From contig CAVNZM010000009.1 in assembly GCA_963693365.1 (NCBI GenBank), positions 3,846,231 to 3,910,230 on the forward strand: DNA of 64,000 bases. Reading direction: 5' to 3'. The position numbers and the translations under genes are program-made. The notes under the pieces were generated by a model, which did not search any database, was not told the origin of the DNA, and saw only the letters and a list, made by a program, of their open reading frames with translations. Position 1 is the first letter of the stretch. Each line of letters begins with the position of its first letter. The stretch is from Amoebidium appalachense (Eukaryota > Protista > Ichthyosporea). Of this stretch, positions 39,682-52,766 are shown one piece after another.

Positions 39682-40123
39682 ACCTCTAAGACACATGATC
39701 TAGAAACCAAACGTCTCTTATACCCGTCACGTTACAATGCTCCATCCCCCCCCCCCCCCCCCCCCCCCCTCCCCCCCTTCTCTCTTGCTTATTATACGGC
39801 AAGCAATATCTGCAACTAGACAAGGATTCGTTCATTAAAGTTGGTTCCGTTTTTTGTTTCCAATATCCGTGCGCATATATCTAGCAACGCCGTTTTCACA
39901 CTAGTGGTCATGTAAGCAGGTTTCCGTATTTCGTTATAAATTTCCGGATATTACAACTAGCAGCACCCATGCATGATCGATACCGGTAAGCTTTTTTTTT
40001 TTTTTTTAAATCGAGACCTGCTCACGCCGGCATGCGTGTGTTTTCCCTGCAGGGAGCCACCCACCATTGAGGAATTGACTGCCCGTCTGCAACAGCTGAA
40101 AAAAGAACCCCAGAAGTATGATT

Positions 40124-40168
<45 letters not shown>

Positions 40169-40274
40169 AAAAAAAAAAAAAAGTGAAAAGTGAAAAAAAT
40201 AAAAGAAAGAGAAAGAGAAAGAGAAAAAGTGAAAGGAAAGGAAAAAGACTCCCCCCCCCCTCCCCCCCTCCCCC

Positions 40275-40353
<79 letters not shown>

Positions 40354-40562
40354 CACAACACAACACACACACACCCCCTTGATTAATTGTCCTTGGTTTC
40401 CTTGTGTGCATTGCGAATCTGCTGCTTGGTTCTTAACTTCTAATGAATATGCTGCCCTTCCTTATTTAAATGCCCAAACGTCCAAGTACCAAAATACCAC
40501 CAACAACAACAACCCCTCCCCCCCCCCCCCCCCCCTCCGCCCTCCCCCCAGCCCCTCCCCCC

Positions 40563-40593
<31 letters not shown>

Positions 40594-41166
40594 ACACACC
40601 CTCTCTCCCCTTTTTCTCAAATCTTACTCGTTATGGTACATGTGCCCCTCCCCCCCCCCACTCCCACCCCACCCCTCCCCCTTTGCCGCTCCCCAACCCT
40701 CCGCACCATTGTATTTCGGTTTTATTTCCCCCCCATTGACTCAACTTGCAATATGGGCAATGAAAACACATCTTGTAACAGAAATCCTCTTACGTTTTTG
40801 AGTGTATTCTGAACTTCAAAATTTGGAAATGTGTTGCAGGGATGGGGGTACCTCTGTACAAGAACTAGCAGATCGGATCTCAAAAATGACCAATCGGCCC
40901 ACTGTGCTCGAGTCTAAGCCAGTGACGGTAGGTGGGGCAGAGCAACCCCTTCATTTTGACACCACTTTCTCATTCCATGCCACACAAGAACACATGCAAA
41001 CACATACACACTACTCGGCACACAGGTATGCATGAATACACGCGCACTCACACACTCCCAAGCACACATGCGCCCACGCGCGCACACGCAGACTCCTCAC
41101 AGATACATGCACACACATACTTAGAAACACACACGGTAAGGAGGGGAGAGTGGGGCTTTGGGGGGC

Positions 41167-41205
<39 letters not shown>

Positions 41206-41278
41206 ATCCTAAGGCAACCGTTGTCGTGATCATGATATGAGGATACATTGGCCTGCAGAATTCTATTCAGGACTGTGC

Positions 41279-41317
<39 letters not shown>

Positions 41318-41925
41318 TTCCGGCCGGCCCCTTCCCACCTCCATTCCTCCTCTCCCTGTGTGCACATTGGTAGTGGGTCCACTTGCATATGTTCTTAGCA
41401 TATCGCTCTTTGGGCTCACATTTTTCTTTCCATCCTTCATTCAAATTTCATTCAAATTTTCCTGCAAACACCCCCTTCCACCCATTTCTTTCCCCCTCTG
41501 CAAACCTCATGTCCCCACCGCAGTGCCTTTTTCAATATTCCTTACATCAATTTTGCCCCTTGCCCCTTCTCTGTCTAGCGTTCATACTCTTGCTCCTTCG
41601 CTCTCCTCCTTATTAATCCTTTGTCTTTCCTTCCTTCATCTCTACCTCTCTTCCCCCCCCCCCCCCCCCCTTCATGTAAGTCATTATCCTTTCGCTTCAT
41701 TGCCATATATTGCGCACACATGCACACATATATACACTCACTCACTCACTCACTCACTCACTCACTCACTCACTCACTCAATTACACACACACTCACTCA
41801 CTCACTCACTCACTCACTCACTCACTCACTCACCACTCACTCACTCACTCACTCACTCACTCACTTACACACTCACTCACTCGCTCACTCACTCACTCAC
41901 TCACTCACTCACTCACTCACTCACT

Positions 41926-41956
<31 letters not shown>

Positions 41957-42064
41957 GCGTGCACACACACACACATGCAGTTTGCACCTGACAATCGTAC
42001 GGACGAGGAAAAGATCAAAGATTTGATCTCAGAGGCATCAGAACATGCTCGATTGGAAGGGGTG

Positions 42065-42119
<55 letters not shown>

Positions 42120-42419
42120 AAAAAAAAAAAAAAACACCACTACCGCCTGCCCCTTCTCTCCCTTTTTATTCAGTAATTACGTAAACCTCACGGTCATAAA
42201 CACATCAGGGATCATGGGGTGAGATGGGGGGGGGGGGGGGGGGGGGATGTGTGTTTGTGTGGGTGGTTGTCTGTGTGCGTGTGGGTGTATGTGTGCGTGT
42301 GTTGTCCGTATGTGTATGTGTATGCGTATGTGTGCCTGTGTGTGCCTGCTACCATGTGTGCCTGTGCGCTTGCGTGCGTGTGTTTGTGCGGGTTTTGTGG
42401 GTTGGCAGGGGGACCTTTT

Positions 42420-42457
<38 letters not shown>

Positions 42458-43557
42458 TTGGCGTGCTCCAGATTAGAGTGGGGAAATATTTTCTTCGAAT
42501 TTAAGGAGACTCAGGGGATGGATTTTAGTTAAAAATTTGGAGTGCGCAGCGGATCGAGATCGACCAAATTCCATAATTGATCCAGTCGATCAATTAATTG
42601 ATGCCGAACTGTCCGAAAGTTCAATTTGCACTATAAACCCCGCTCAGATCCTGGACGATTGACCGCATACACTTTGGGGGAAAATGAAATTTCACTTATA
42701 AAGTGGGGGGTAATTGCCTCATAAAATTTTTGTCCGGGGGAGTGGTAGGCCTCGGTTGAGGTGCCCACCTTTTGCTTAGGTTAAGCAATTATGGAGAGGG
42801 TATAATAAGACTCTTACGAGGGCCTGTAATTAAAACTTTGTTATGGAATCACCTTCCACTTTATTAGTAGTTTTTTTTTTTTTCAGGGCAAATCTATGCG
42901 GTCATTCTCTCTGGATCTGGCGTCGAAACTTAGACAGCTTGTAATAAAAAGCCCCGAAAGTGACAATTTTAGCCGGCTCACACACTGGAATTTGATCGAT
43001 TCCGATCGATTGGATCCCCCGATCACATGGCCGGCAAACCATCCCCTAAGTCTTCTTAAAAAACTGGCAGTCAAGGAAATTAATTTGTGATACGGGAATT
43101 AAAAAATTATAGTTATCTGCCCCCTTTTGAGATTCTCTACTCCTGGTGTTAGCCTCATAATTAGGATACCAATGCACCACACACAATTTGCCGTGAGCAC
43201 ATTTTCGTTACTCTATGGTTTAAGGTGGCATTTCGTGGGATGATAGCAATGTGCCATCAGTATGACGACATATAGTTTGACGTCACACACTGATGATTGT
43301 TTTAGCCTTTGTTGGTGCGATCTCCTTTTTAGCAATCTCGAAATTTCGAAATTACCATATAGGGAAATCATGGGCACATTCCGATATAGCCGTTAACGCT
43401 GTGGTTGGGGCAGGAGGAGACACGTAAACTGGACGAGATGATCCAAAAGATAGCAGGCATGGTCAAGGAGGAGAGGGACCAGGGGTGCGTGTATGTGGGT
43501 GTACGTGTGTGTGTGTACGTGCGTGTGTGTTGGGGGATCCGGAGAGGGGTAGGGGTA

Positions 43558-43598
<41 letters not shown>

Positions 43599-43736
43599 CT
43601 GGGGTGTACGTGTGGTTGGATGGGTGAGTGAGAGTTTGGGTGGGTGGTGGGTGTGTACGTGGGGATGGGTGGGTGGGTGGGTGGGGTTAGGGCTGTTGGT
43701 GTGTACGTAAGTACATGTGTGTGTGGTGGTGGTGGT

Positions 43737-43771
<35 letters not shown>

Positions 43772-44312
43772 GGGAAGGTTGTAACGTGGGGCTACATGAA
43801 TGAGACAAATTTTTGGAATGAAAAGAAACTGAACGTGCTAATGTTGTCTTAATGTATTCGGGTGTTATGGTTTTCGAGACTGGCTGTGAGCACAGCCAGA
43901 GGGGCGGGAGGGGGTAGGGGGGGGGGGGGGGGGGGATGGATGTCTGTGGGTATGGGGAGATTGTAATGTGGGAGATAGGGTCTGGATGAGTGGGAGTGTG
44001 CATATGTGGGTGTGGATTTGGGTGTTTGGGGCAGCATGCATGTGTGTGCATCTGTGTGCATGTGGTGCGTGGGTAGGTGGGGTGTGGGCATGGGTTTGTT
44101 CTGGTATGCACGTGGTTGTCGGAATTTTCGTGGGGGCTCTTGATGGAAATCTATTTGTCCACATTTACACATTTGCACATTTGCCGATGTCTGTTTTGTG
44201 GGAAGGTCGGGTGTGCAAGTCGTAGGGAGTTAAACGGAGTGAGTGTACACTTGTTTCAACCCCTCCTCAGTGCGAATCCCCATGCTCCCTCTGTCCTCCC
44301 CCTCTAACCCCC

Positions 44313-44367
<55 letters not shown>

Positions 44368-44433
44368 AGCACACCCCTCCTTCTGGCAATTCTTGCTACA
44401 CCATGCGACTCTTACAATCATTTACACTTGCGC

Positions 44434-44479
<46 letters not shown>

Positions 44480-45050
44480 CAACCTGCCGGTAGCTCCCCT
44501 AAGTGGTGGGAATTCCAAAGAGCCAAGCACTGCGGCCAAGCCACAGTCCGAAGAAGATAAAATTGCTGAAATTTTGAGTAAGGACCCCCGCTGCCCCCCC
44601 CTGACCCTTTTCCAGGGAACCAGCTAAAAAAAAATGTGCTTCTGTGTACCCCATTTCACTCTTTGTAGTTCCGGTTGATCTGTAATGTGGTTCTGCCGGC
44701 GTGTCTATGTGTTCGTTTGTGTGTTTGCGTATGTGCGTGCTTGTGTGCGTGTGAGCAAGAATGAGTGCTTTTGTGGGTGGGTGCATGTGTGGGTGGGTGT
44801 TTTTGTGCGCTCGCTTGCTTTCCTGCCGTGTGCATGCATGCGTGTTTGCCCATGTGCCTGCACATGTATGTAAGCATGTGGCCATTTTTTATTTTTATTT
44901 CTTTTTGGGGGGGGGGGGGGGGGGGGGGGAAGAAGGCGAGGAAAAGAGGGGGGAGGGGGGGGGGGGGGGGGGGGGGTTCCTGCAGTATGAACTTGAAGTT
45001 GTTGGATGCTCGGGGGTTGTTGGGCCGGTTTTTTTTTTTTTTTTCTTTTC

Positions 45051-45081
<31 letters not shown>

Positions 45082-45851
45082 GGGGGGGGGGGGGGGGGGG
45101 GGGGCTAGCTGGCTTTTCCTTTTCATTGCTCAAAAGTTTCATGCCAGTTGCCATAGTCGTATTGTTGATATGTTAAATAACATTTCTTTTGGGATTCCGG
45201 GTCGGGTCAAACCCGAAAGGGATTAGTGCTTTGTGATAGGCCAAAACAGCATCTTGGCCTGGTCCAAATGGGCCTATAAATCGGATTGAAAGAAACCCAC
45301 TCTAACCATGCCCCCTTTTGCTTGCTCTCAGGCTTATCACCAATCAATCACCATAGTGCCAACAGCCATTCACTATAATGCATGAACCAACCTGTACGTA
45401 CCTTCTCTCCAGTACATTTTCCCCCCTAACCAAGTTAAAGCAACTACGGCATCTTCCATTTTAGACCCGGCCGAGGTTGATTCAATCGAGGATTTAGGAT
45501 TGCTGTGGTGCAGCCCTGGGAAATTCTCGATCCGATCAAGCCATCGAGAGCATGATTTCATTCCCGTGCACCGAGTGAGTACTGTGCACTTAAATCCTCG
45601 ATCGAATCAACCTCGATCTGGTCTGAAATGGAAGACGAGGTAATTACTTTACTGCTCAGAAGTTGCATGCATAGAGTGTGCCTTCGTTTCATTCCATCCT
45701 CCGTGTTGTCCCAGCCTTCGTTTTTGGCCCACGCTTTACCTGTTTTTGCCGTTTCTTACCCCACACATGTGGCAGGAAAAGCCAAGGGTAACCCAACAAT
45801 GGATGATCTCAACAAGATTAGAGACCTGGTGTTGGTAAGCCCCCCCACCCC

Positions 45852-45882
<31 letters not shown>

Positions 45883-46009
45883 ACCCCCCTCTCCACCCCC
45901 CCCCCTCACCCTCCTCCTGCTCCCCCTCCCCCCCCCCCTCCTGCTCCCCCTTTCCCCCCCCCCTCTCCTGCTCCCCCTTCCCCCCTTCTCCTCCACCCCC
46001 CCCCCCCCC

Positions 46010-46076
<67 letters not shown>

Positions 46077-46735
46077 TTCAAGATAGTAGCAGTAACATTA
46101 TTGATGGTGAAACGAAGGAACTGTATAATCTCGATCTCTATTTGTAATACATTTGAGTATATGAAGCCTGAAACCTAATCAGTTACACGTGGTGAACTGC
46201 AGGGAGACTGCATGTGAATTGCTTTGAAAGACTATATATGCGAATTTCTTCCCCTGGATTTTCTGTTGATGGCTCAGACTTTCAAGCGTCTAAAAAGGGA
46301 GATTGCACCATTCATAGGCAAAAACAACCATTGATCTGAGCCCAGTAGTTTGATCTGACAATATACTACGGCCTCTAAATTGTGATGGCCCATTTTTTAT
46401 TTGTTTGCGACACATAGAAATGATGGCGTTCATTTTTTTATTTTTTATTTTTATTTTTTTTGCTTATGGCACACTTGTTTGCATGCACCGCAGTACCGAA
46501 ATATCCACCAATCTGGCCCCAGTAATGACATAACCCCAGTTGCTCCCTGCCTTCCACCTATTGGTTTGGCAAATTGAATAACTAGTACTAATGCTAATGT
46601 ACCCTTCGTTCTGGTCCACTCACTCCCCTTCGTACGCACGGTGCACATGCGTACACGCGCGCGCTCGCACCCGCGCCCCCCCCTCCCCCCCCCCCCCCCT
46701 CCCCCTCCCCTCCACCATCTCACACCTCCTCCTCC

Positions 46736-46798
<63 letters not shown>

Positions 46799-46967
46799 TC
46801 CCCCCTTCTCCCCCCCGCCCTTCCCCCCCCCCCCCCCCCAAAAAAAAAAAAAAAAAAACACATACACACACACCTAGCCCCCTCCCCCCCCCCCCCTCCC
46901 GCCTCCCCCTCCTTTCCCCCCCCCCCCCCCCCCCCCCGCCGCCGCTCCCCCCCCCCCCCCCTCCCCC

Positions 46968-47004
<37 letters not shown>

Positions 47005-47247
47005 ACGCAGGCGGAGAGAGAAAAGCGCCAAGCAGAGGGTATCTTCGAAGAGGAAGACTTTGCCGTCGACCCAGACGAAGAGTATCCCTGGTGTTGCCTG
47101 TGCAATGATGATGCTATTTATAGGTGCGAGGAATGCGATGGGGAGCTGTTTTGTCGGCCTTGCTTTAAGTCTGTGCATGAGGATGAGGATATGAGGGACC
47201 ATAGGCCGTCTAAATATAGACCGCCATCTACAAACAAGCACCTTTAA
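35914..47247 (+). CDS. ZFYVE19: Abscission/NoCut checkpoint regulator (ANCHR)-like FYVE plus B-box protein, about 472 aa. Exons 35914-35973, 37118-37236, 37859-37971, 39033-39462, 40053-40115, 40840-40927, 41981-42061, 43414-43484, 44480-44577, 45776-45834, 47011-47247
   Basis: N-terminal atypical FYVE: CTICFQAYGFLRKE|LACPVCRHSVCNKC...CRPC. Central PTIEELTARLQQLK and PDNRTDEEKIKDLI motifs. C-terminal EEYPWCCLCNDDAIYRCEECDGELFCRPCFKSVH...DH, the hallmark ZFYVE19 B-box. All 10 introns are GT-AG and phase-consistent. Confidence 0.88.
38376..38919. mobile_element. Non-autonomous TTAA DNA transposon (Kolobok-like GG..CC ends), 544 bp, TIRs of about 160 bp
   Basis: TTAA|GGAGACTCGGGGATGGTTTTCAA ... 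TTGAAAACCATCCCCCAAGTCTCC|TTAA. Arms at about 38376-38538 and 38755-38919 are reverse complements. Confidence 0.85.
41735..41925. repeat. (CACT)n tetranucleotide microsatellite
   Basis: Direct reading. Shorter array at 14383-14413. Confidence 0.9.
42505..43055. mobile_element. Second, diverged member of the TTAA Kolobok-like family, 551 bp, short TIRs
   Basis: TTAA|GGAGACTCAGGGGATGG ... CCATCCCCTAAGTCTTC|TTAA. Left arm and middle (AAAATGAAATTT, AAAGTGGGGG, CCACTTTATTAGTAG, TTTCAGGGCAA) align with 38376-38760. Confidence 0.8.
45439..45648. mobile_element. 210-bp MITE with imperfect TIRs of about 60 bp, AG..CT ends, TTAA/TTAC flanks
   Basis: TCTTCCATTTTAGACCCGGCCGAGGTTGATTCAATCGAGGATTTA pairs with TAAATCCTCGATCGAATCAACCTCGATCTGGTCTGAAATGGAAGA. 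Confidence 0.65.
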
Positions 47248-47455
47248 GGGCCCCTTTAGCTAGTTTTTTTTTTTTTTATTGTTGTTTTGGAGCTCTCGTT
47301 TTGGTTTTTTTTTTTCCTTTTTTTTTTCTTCAGTGGTTTTTCAGGACAGGAACTATGTAGGAGATGTGACGTTCAAAAGTCGTGTCAGGCCTTTCGTGCA
47401 GCTACTTTAAATGTAAACCCCCCCCCCCCCTTTTTGTGTGTGCACGTGTGTTGGT

Positions 47456-47490
<35 letters not shown>

Positions 47491-47753
47491 TCGCTCTGTT
47501 CGTGAATGAAATATGTAATTTAGGCCCACCTGATGAGAGCTGCATTTACGCAAATGGAGGATACGAAGTACCATATATGCCAGATACGTGTAAGTAAAAT
47601 AAACAAGAAACGTTAACACACTCACAGTTCGTACACCGTCTCGTTCGAATTCTGTATTCATCTGCCACCTTCCAAGCTTCTAGAATTCGAAAGCGATATG
47701 CAGCCAGCCCAGATTCAGAGAGGAAAGTGGGGAGGTGGAAAGGGGGCAGGGCG

Positions 47754-47784
<31 letters not shown>

Positions 47785-47816
47785 GGGTGGGGGGGGGGGG
47801 GGGGGGGGGGGGGGGG

Positions 47817-47954
47817 CTTAGAATGCAAAACACGATACGAAGTACAACTGCACAATGAGAAACACGGTGCAAGACACAGGCAAAGGAAAAACATTCGAGA
47901 ATGCAAAATCACCAGCGTGCACAGCATGCAAATTAGGCAGAGAGCCCACCGCGG

Positions 47955-47958
<4 letters not shown>
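47817..47958 (-). mobile_element. Dispersed repeat family copy G (minus strand, intergenic)
   Basis: Reverse complement reads TGGGCTCTCTGCCTAATTTGCATGCTGTGCAC...GAATGTTTT(T)CCTTTGCCTGTGTCTTGCACCG...TTGTACTTCGTATCGTGTTTTGCATTCTAAG followed by a C run. Confidence 0.7.
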
Positions 47959-47986
<28 letters not shown>

Positions 47987-48075
47987 CCTTTCTGGTACGT
48001 GGTGGTGGTGGTGGTGGTGGTGGGTGGGTGGGTGGGTGGGTGGGTGGGTGGGTGGGTGGTGGTGGTGGTGGTGGT

Positions 48076-48123
<48 letters not shown>

Positions 48124-48379
48124 ACGATTGCAAGTGGCTGTTTTGTGTGTTTCCAACCGATGGTCGATACAAAGGTGCCCGGTATGAGCACATAGAATTC
48201 ATTATTTCATCATGACATTCACAACACATTACATTCCGCACATGCATACCATGCATGCCATTGCCTTTTTTGGCTAAAAGGCGTCACTTGCTGTATATGG
48301 ATACACGATCTCACACGCTCATGAACACAGTGAGCATGAAAGTCAAACATGGGGGCAACCCACATATCCACGACCAAGA

Positions 48380-48590
48380 TTCCCCTTTTAAAAACCACAT
48401 GTGATACATATATCGAAGTTTATTTAAATAAAATTTCCTTTCAAAACCACCTACATATATATCAAGTCTAAATAAGTTTCCCTTAAAACCACCTGCGCAT
48501 ATCCAACCTTGCCTCAAATTTCCCTTTCAAAACCACCTACATGTCAAAACCACCTAGATACTTCAAGTCCACTAAATTTCCCTTATCCAA
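48380..48590. repeat. Degenerate minisatellite, unit of about 43-52 bp, with TTTCC(C)TT(TC)AAAACCACC core
   Basis: AAAACCAC recurs at about 48391, 48443, 48485, 48529 and 48546. Confidence 0.6.
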
Positions 48591-49331
48591 GCTCAACATT
48601 TTTTTAAAACAACTTAGTGAATAAAAAAATAAAGATAAACAATGGAAGACCAAAAAGTTTATCTTTATTAGTTGAAGGGGGCTCCACCACCCCGATGTCT
48701 GTGAAGTAATGGAAAACCCCCGAAATGGCTTACTGCCAATCCTAATCTGTCCTTCCTATAAGACTTTCCTAATAATTTTTATATGTTCCTAGGCATTTAC
48801 AGTCGGGTGAGGCGGGACAACAACAAAAAAAATCCTACACACCACCACCACCTACCTCCCATTAGCGTAAAGAAAAAAACACCCAGGCATACCATTCGAA
48901 TTCACTAAGACGAAACGCTCAAAAAACCGTTCCGCGTGCTTTCTTTCACAATTATCTCTTTGCACGTCTTTTAAACAGTCCTTCGATTCCTCCTTCCTTC
49001 CGAGAAAAATATGCATAAATACATATCCAGTCGATATTTGCACCTCGCCGCAAACCGCCCCATAATTGTATAATGTTGTGGGCCAAGGTACAAACCGTGA
49101 CAGGCATGGTCCACCCTTAAGTCCAACAGCCGATCTTCCTTCCTTATGCTGAACCGATTCGAGTCAACGAGTCCCGGTCCCATATTTGAATCATATCACA
49201 ACTTAAACGACGACGAATCTAACCACAACTTCCATTCGCACACCGACGATGCTCAAGAAAAGGACCGACTGCCGAACCGGATCCAAAATACCGACCCGAA
49301 TCCAATCCGACCCGACCCGACCCGAATTGAA

Positions 49332-49560
49332 TCATGCCTTGCAAAGCATAGCAAACTGTTGCTCCAACACATCCCTCAGTGTGAAATAGTGCACCCCCGT
49401 CACCGTGACAACACCCAGCAACTGAATCCACCCGACACGTGCACACACCATCAGAAACAGCTCCAGCCTGTCGAACCACACGGCCAAAAGGAGAATGTCG
49501 TAGACGGCCTGAGCACTGCTGAGACGCCACAGCCAGAAAACGAACTGTGTGTGTGTGTGT

Positions 49561-49608
<48 letters not shown>

Positions 49609-49929
49609 GGGGGGGGGAGGGGTGGAGGGTGAGAGACGGGGGGGGGGGGGGAGGGGGGAGAGGGGAGGCTTAGTTACTAAACACGTCCTTGGTGTTCGAA
49701 TGAAGGCAAACAAAAAAGCCCCCCTTCCCCCACGCCCCACCCCTCCCCCCTCCCCTCCCTACCCTACCTCCCCCCTCCCCAACCCCCCTCTTCCCAACAC
49801 ACACACAAACACAAACTCACACACTCGCGCGTGCGTGCGCGCAGGTATGCCCACATGCACATACACACACACACACCTGGCACTCTCAGAGTCCGTCACA
49901 GAACAACTACTTCCTCACCTCCTCCCCTT

Positions 49930-49966
<37 letters not shown>

Positions 49967-50328
49967 CTGCCCCCTCCTCCGCCTCCTCCTTTCCCCCCCC
50001 CCCCCCCCCCCCCACCCACCCACCCACCCACCCCCCCACCCACCCACCCCCGTGTCCCCAGCCATTCTTTCTACGCTTCTTTCGTCTACATTCAACCACC
50101 AATAAGGATCACAGCCACACAGCGTGCATACTAAAATCCCCAGAGCTATTCACATGCAACAGCCTCCTCCCCCCCCCCCCCCCCCCGCCCCTCTTTCCCC
50201 CCAAAAAACCCATTCCCTACCCCACCTCCTTTTGCGCTGTGGGGGATGGGGGGGGAGGGGGGGCCACAACGCATACATGCACGACAGCACGCGGACATGT
50301 ACACACACACACTTACCCACCCACACAC

Positions 50329-50382
<54 letters not shown>

Positions 50383-51184
50383 GCGACGCTCCCATCTCAA
50401 ACGCCCCCCTCTGCGTAGGATCGAGCTTTGTCGGGTCGGGGCAGTTATCGGTCGGCGCCAACATTTTCGTTTCCAGCAAATCGTGATACAATTTCACGCA
50501 ATTATCCCAAATAATCGCACGCAGGAAAATTTGCGCAACCAAAAGTGCAAAAAGCAGCGCGATCGTATCTCCCGTGCGCACGGGTACGCCCAAAACGCCG
50601 TAAAAGGCCCGGCGGCGTTGGGAATTTGGGCTTTGGGGGGTCTCAATCTCTGAATGTTTCAGGGGTTTATGATTGGATTCGACGTCGCCAGAAAGGTGAC
50701 CCAGGGAGATAACTACGAGTGGGTGGCCTCGTTTCTTCTGGATGTAGCTGTTGGATGGACAATGTTAGAAACTGTGCTTGTGTCTTTGTGTGTATGTGTG
50801 TGTGTGTGTGTGTTTGGGAGGGGGGGGGGGGGGAGGGGGGGATGGGGGGGGGACACTATGACACATATAGGCAGGTTCGTCTATCCAATCACCAACCCCC
50901 CCCCCCCCCCCCCCCCCCTCCCCTCTCTCTCTCTGCCTGTCTATCTCTCTCCCCCCACTCAAAACCACTACCACCGCCTTTCGTTCTCATTTTTTCTCAT
51001 CTTACCTCCCGTCCTCACCCCCAAACACCCCTCAACTTCTTTTTCTCCCAGGCCTATCCGGCATAATACATACTGTACTCCCCACTATCCCCCCATCCCC
51101 ACCTCCCCCTTTTGCTCTCCTTCCCCCATCACCCCTCCCCCCCCCCCCCCCCCCCCCCAGTCATCTTGCGCCACACAGATATAG

Positions 51185-51264
<80 letters not shown>

Positions 51265-52478
51265 ACACACATGTCCACACACCCTCCCCCACTTCACCAC
51301 TCCCCCCCCCCCCCCCCCCCTCCCCTCCTTTTGTTTTTCTCTTTTTCCCACGCCACCGCCCCTCCAACCCTCCCCCCTTCCCCCCTCTCCCCCCCCCCCC
51401 CACCCCCCACCTCCTACACCCACCCACCCCTCTTCCCCACCCTCCCCTTTCCCCCCAACACACACACACACACACATCCACCCACTTGAATATGCCGTAC
51501 AAGAGCAGTATGCCGCATGCCCCGTCCTTCACCACCTCCAGCACATATCCCCAACTCTCATAGTTGTTTGTGAACCCAGTCTGGCCCACACGTGCACGCG
51601 CAAGGTCCCCGTCTACGCAGTCCAACCACAGGCCTGTGACGAAGATGCAAATGGCAAGCTTCCGCTGTTTTCAAGATTTCGAGATTGAGATGGTTGTGCA
51701 GTCAGTAATTTTGCAAATTTTTAGAGTCTTCACAGAATATCAAAGCCGAGGATATTTTATTTATAGGTTGGGGTGTGGATGTCGCGCGTACATGAGGTTC
51801 GTAGGATTGGTATGTGGCTCCCGGCCGGGGTCCGTACAAAGTCATTCGGTGTTGGCCCGGGGAGTAACTCTACATAACACCGATATATACCCACTCGGAG
51901 CGCATAATAATGAAAAAGTAACCGTTGATACTAAAATAATAAATGGCGGTATCTATCAATGATAAAAATCCAACAAGTTGAAGTTTCGTATAATTCCATA
52001 CAGTATACTATACCAACCAAGGGTGGCTATCGCAGGTGGAAAGGTGGCAGTGCACGTAGGGGGGGGGGGGGGGGGGGGGGGGTGAAGGTGGGGGGGGAAT
52101 AGAGGGGGGGGGGGGGGGGGGGGGGGGGTAAATGGGGGGGATAGAATAGGGTTGGTGGCCTGGGATGGTGACCCACTTCATGAACGGGCCAGTGGTAGTA
52201 GTACAGGGGTGGAAAAGGTCATAGGAGAGCAGAGGAAGGCCGAAAGGGAATGATAGGGGAGGCGGTAGGTGGTGTATGGGGGGGGAAGGGGGGAAAAGAA
52301 GGGGGGGGGGGGGGGGGGGGGGGGGAGGGGGGGGGTAAATGGCCTCTGGTCGATGAGGGTTTACTTAAAAGAGCCCGCAGCTTCTACGGGCATAACTGAC
52401 TATGAGAACCATGGCAATAAATGAGGGGAAAGAGGAGTGGTGGGTGTGCTGTGTGTGTGTGTGTGTGTGTGTATGTGT

Positions 52479-52534
<56 letters not shown>

Positions 52535-52766
52535 TGTGTGTTTGGGGGGGGGGACTCAGACTCACCTGCTCCTGCGTGAGGAAGACCATGCAGAGGATGG
52601 CACATATGAAGTGAGCCAGACTGACCATATTTGGTGTTATCCACTCCACATCCACCAGCCTGACCTTATGCACCACAAATAGGGAAAGAGGATGGTACAC
52701 GTACATGTCCATGACGTCGCCCATGGCGCTCTTGGCGTCCGTGTGATTCTGAAAAATGAGGTCCAT
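49332..52766 (-). CDS. CDP-alcohol phosphotransferase, ceramide phosphoethanolamine synthase (CPES)-like, about 319 aa. Exons 52766-52566, 51664-51486, 50747-50381, 49544-49332
   Basis: WITPNMVSLAHFICAI, the signature LDCVDGDLARAR-x-GYVLEVVKDG, IIWDNCVKLYHDLLET and FWLWRL...LLLAVWFDRL follow the insect CPES layout (ITPN.IS..H, WN/D....Y..LLE, WLWR....L.AIF.DKL). GT-AG junctions are phase-consistent. Confidence 0.8.

Noticed and set aside
47817-47958. Protein-like antisense translations of the dispersed element (FEC.TRYEV..H.EKHGA.H.QR)
   Set aside because: Frames are broken by indels and stops among copies and no domain is recognisable, so it is treated as non-coding.
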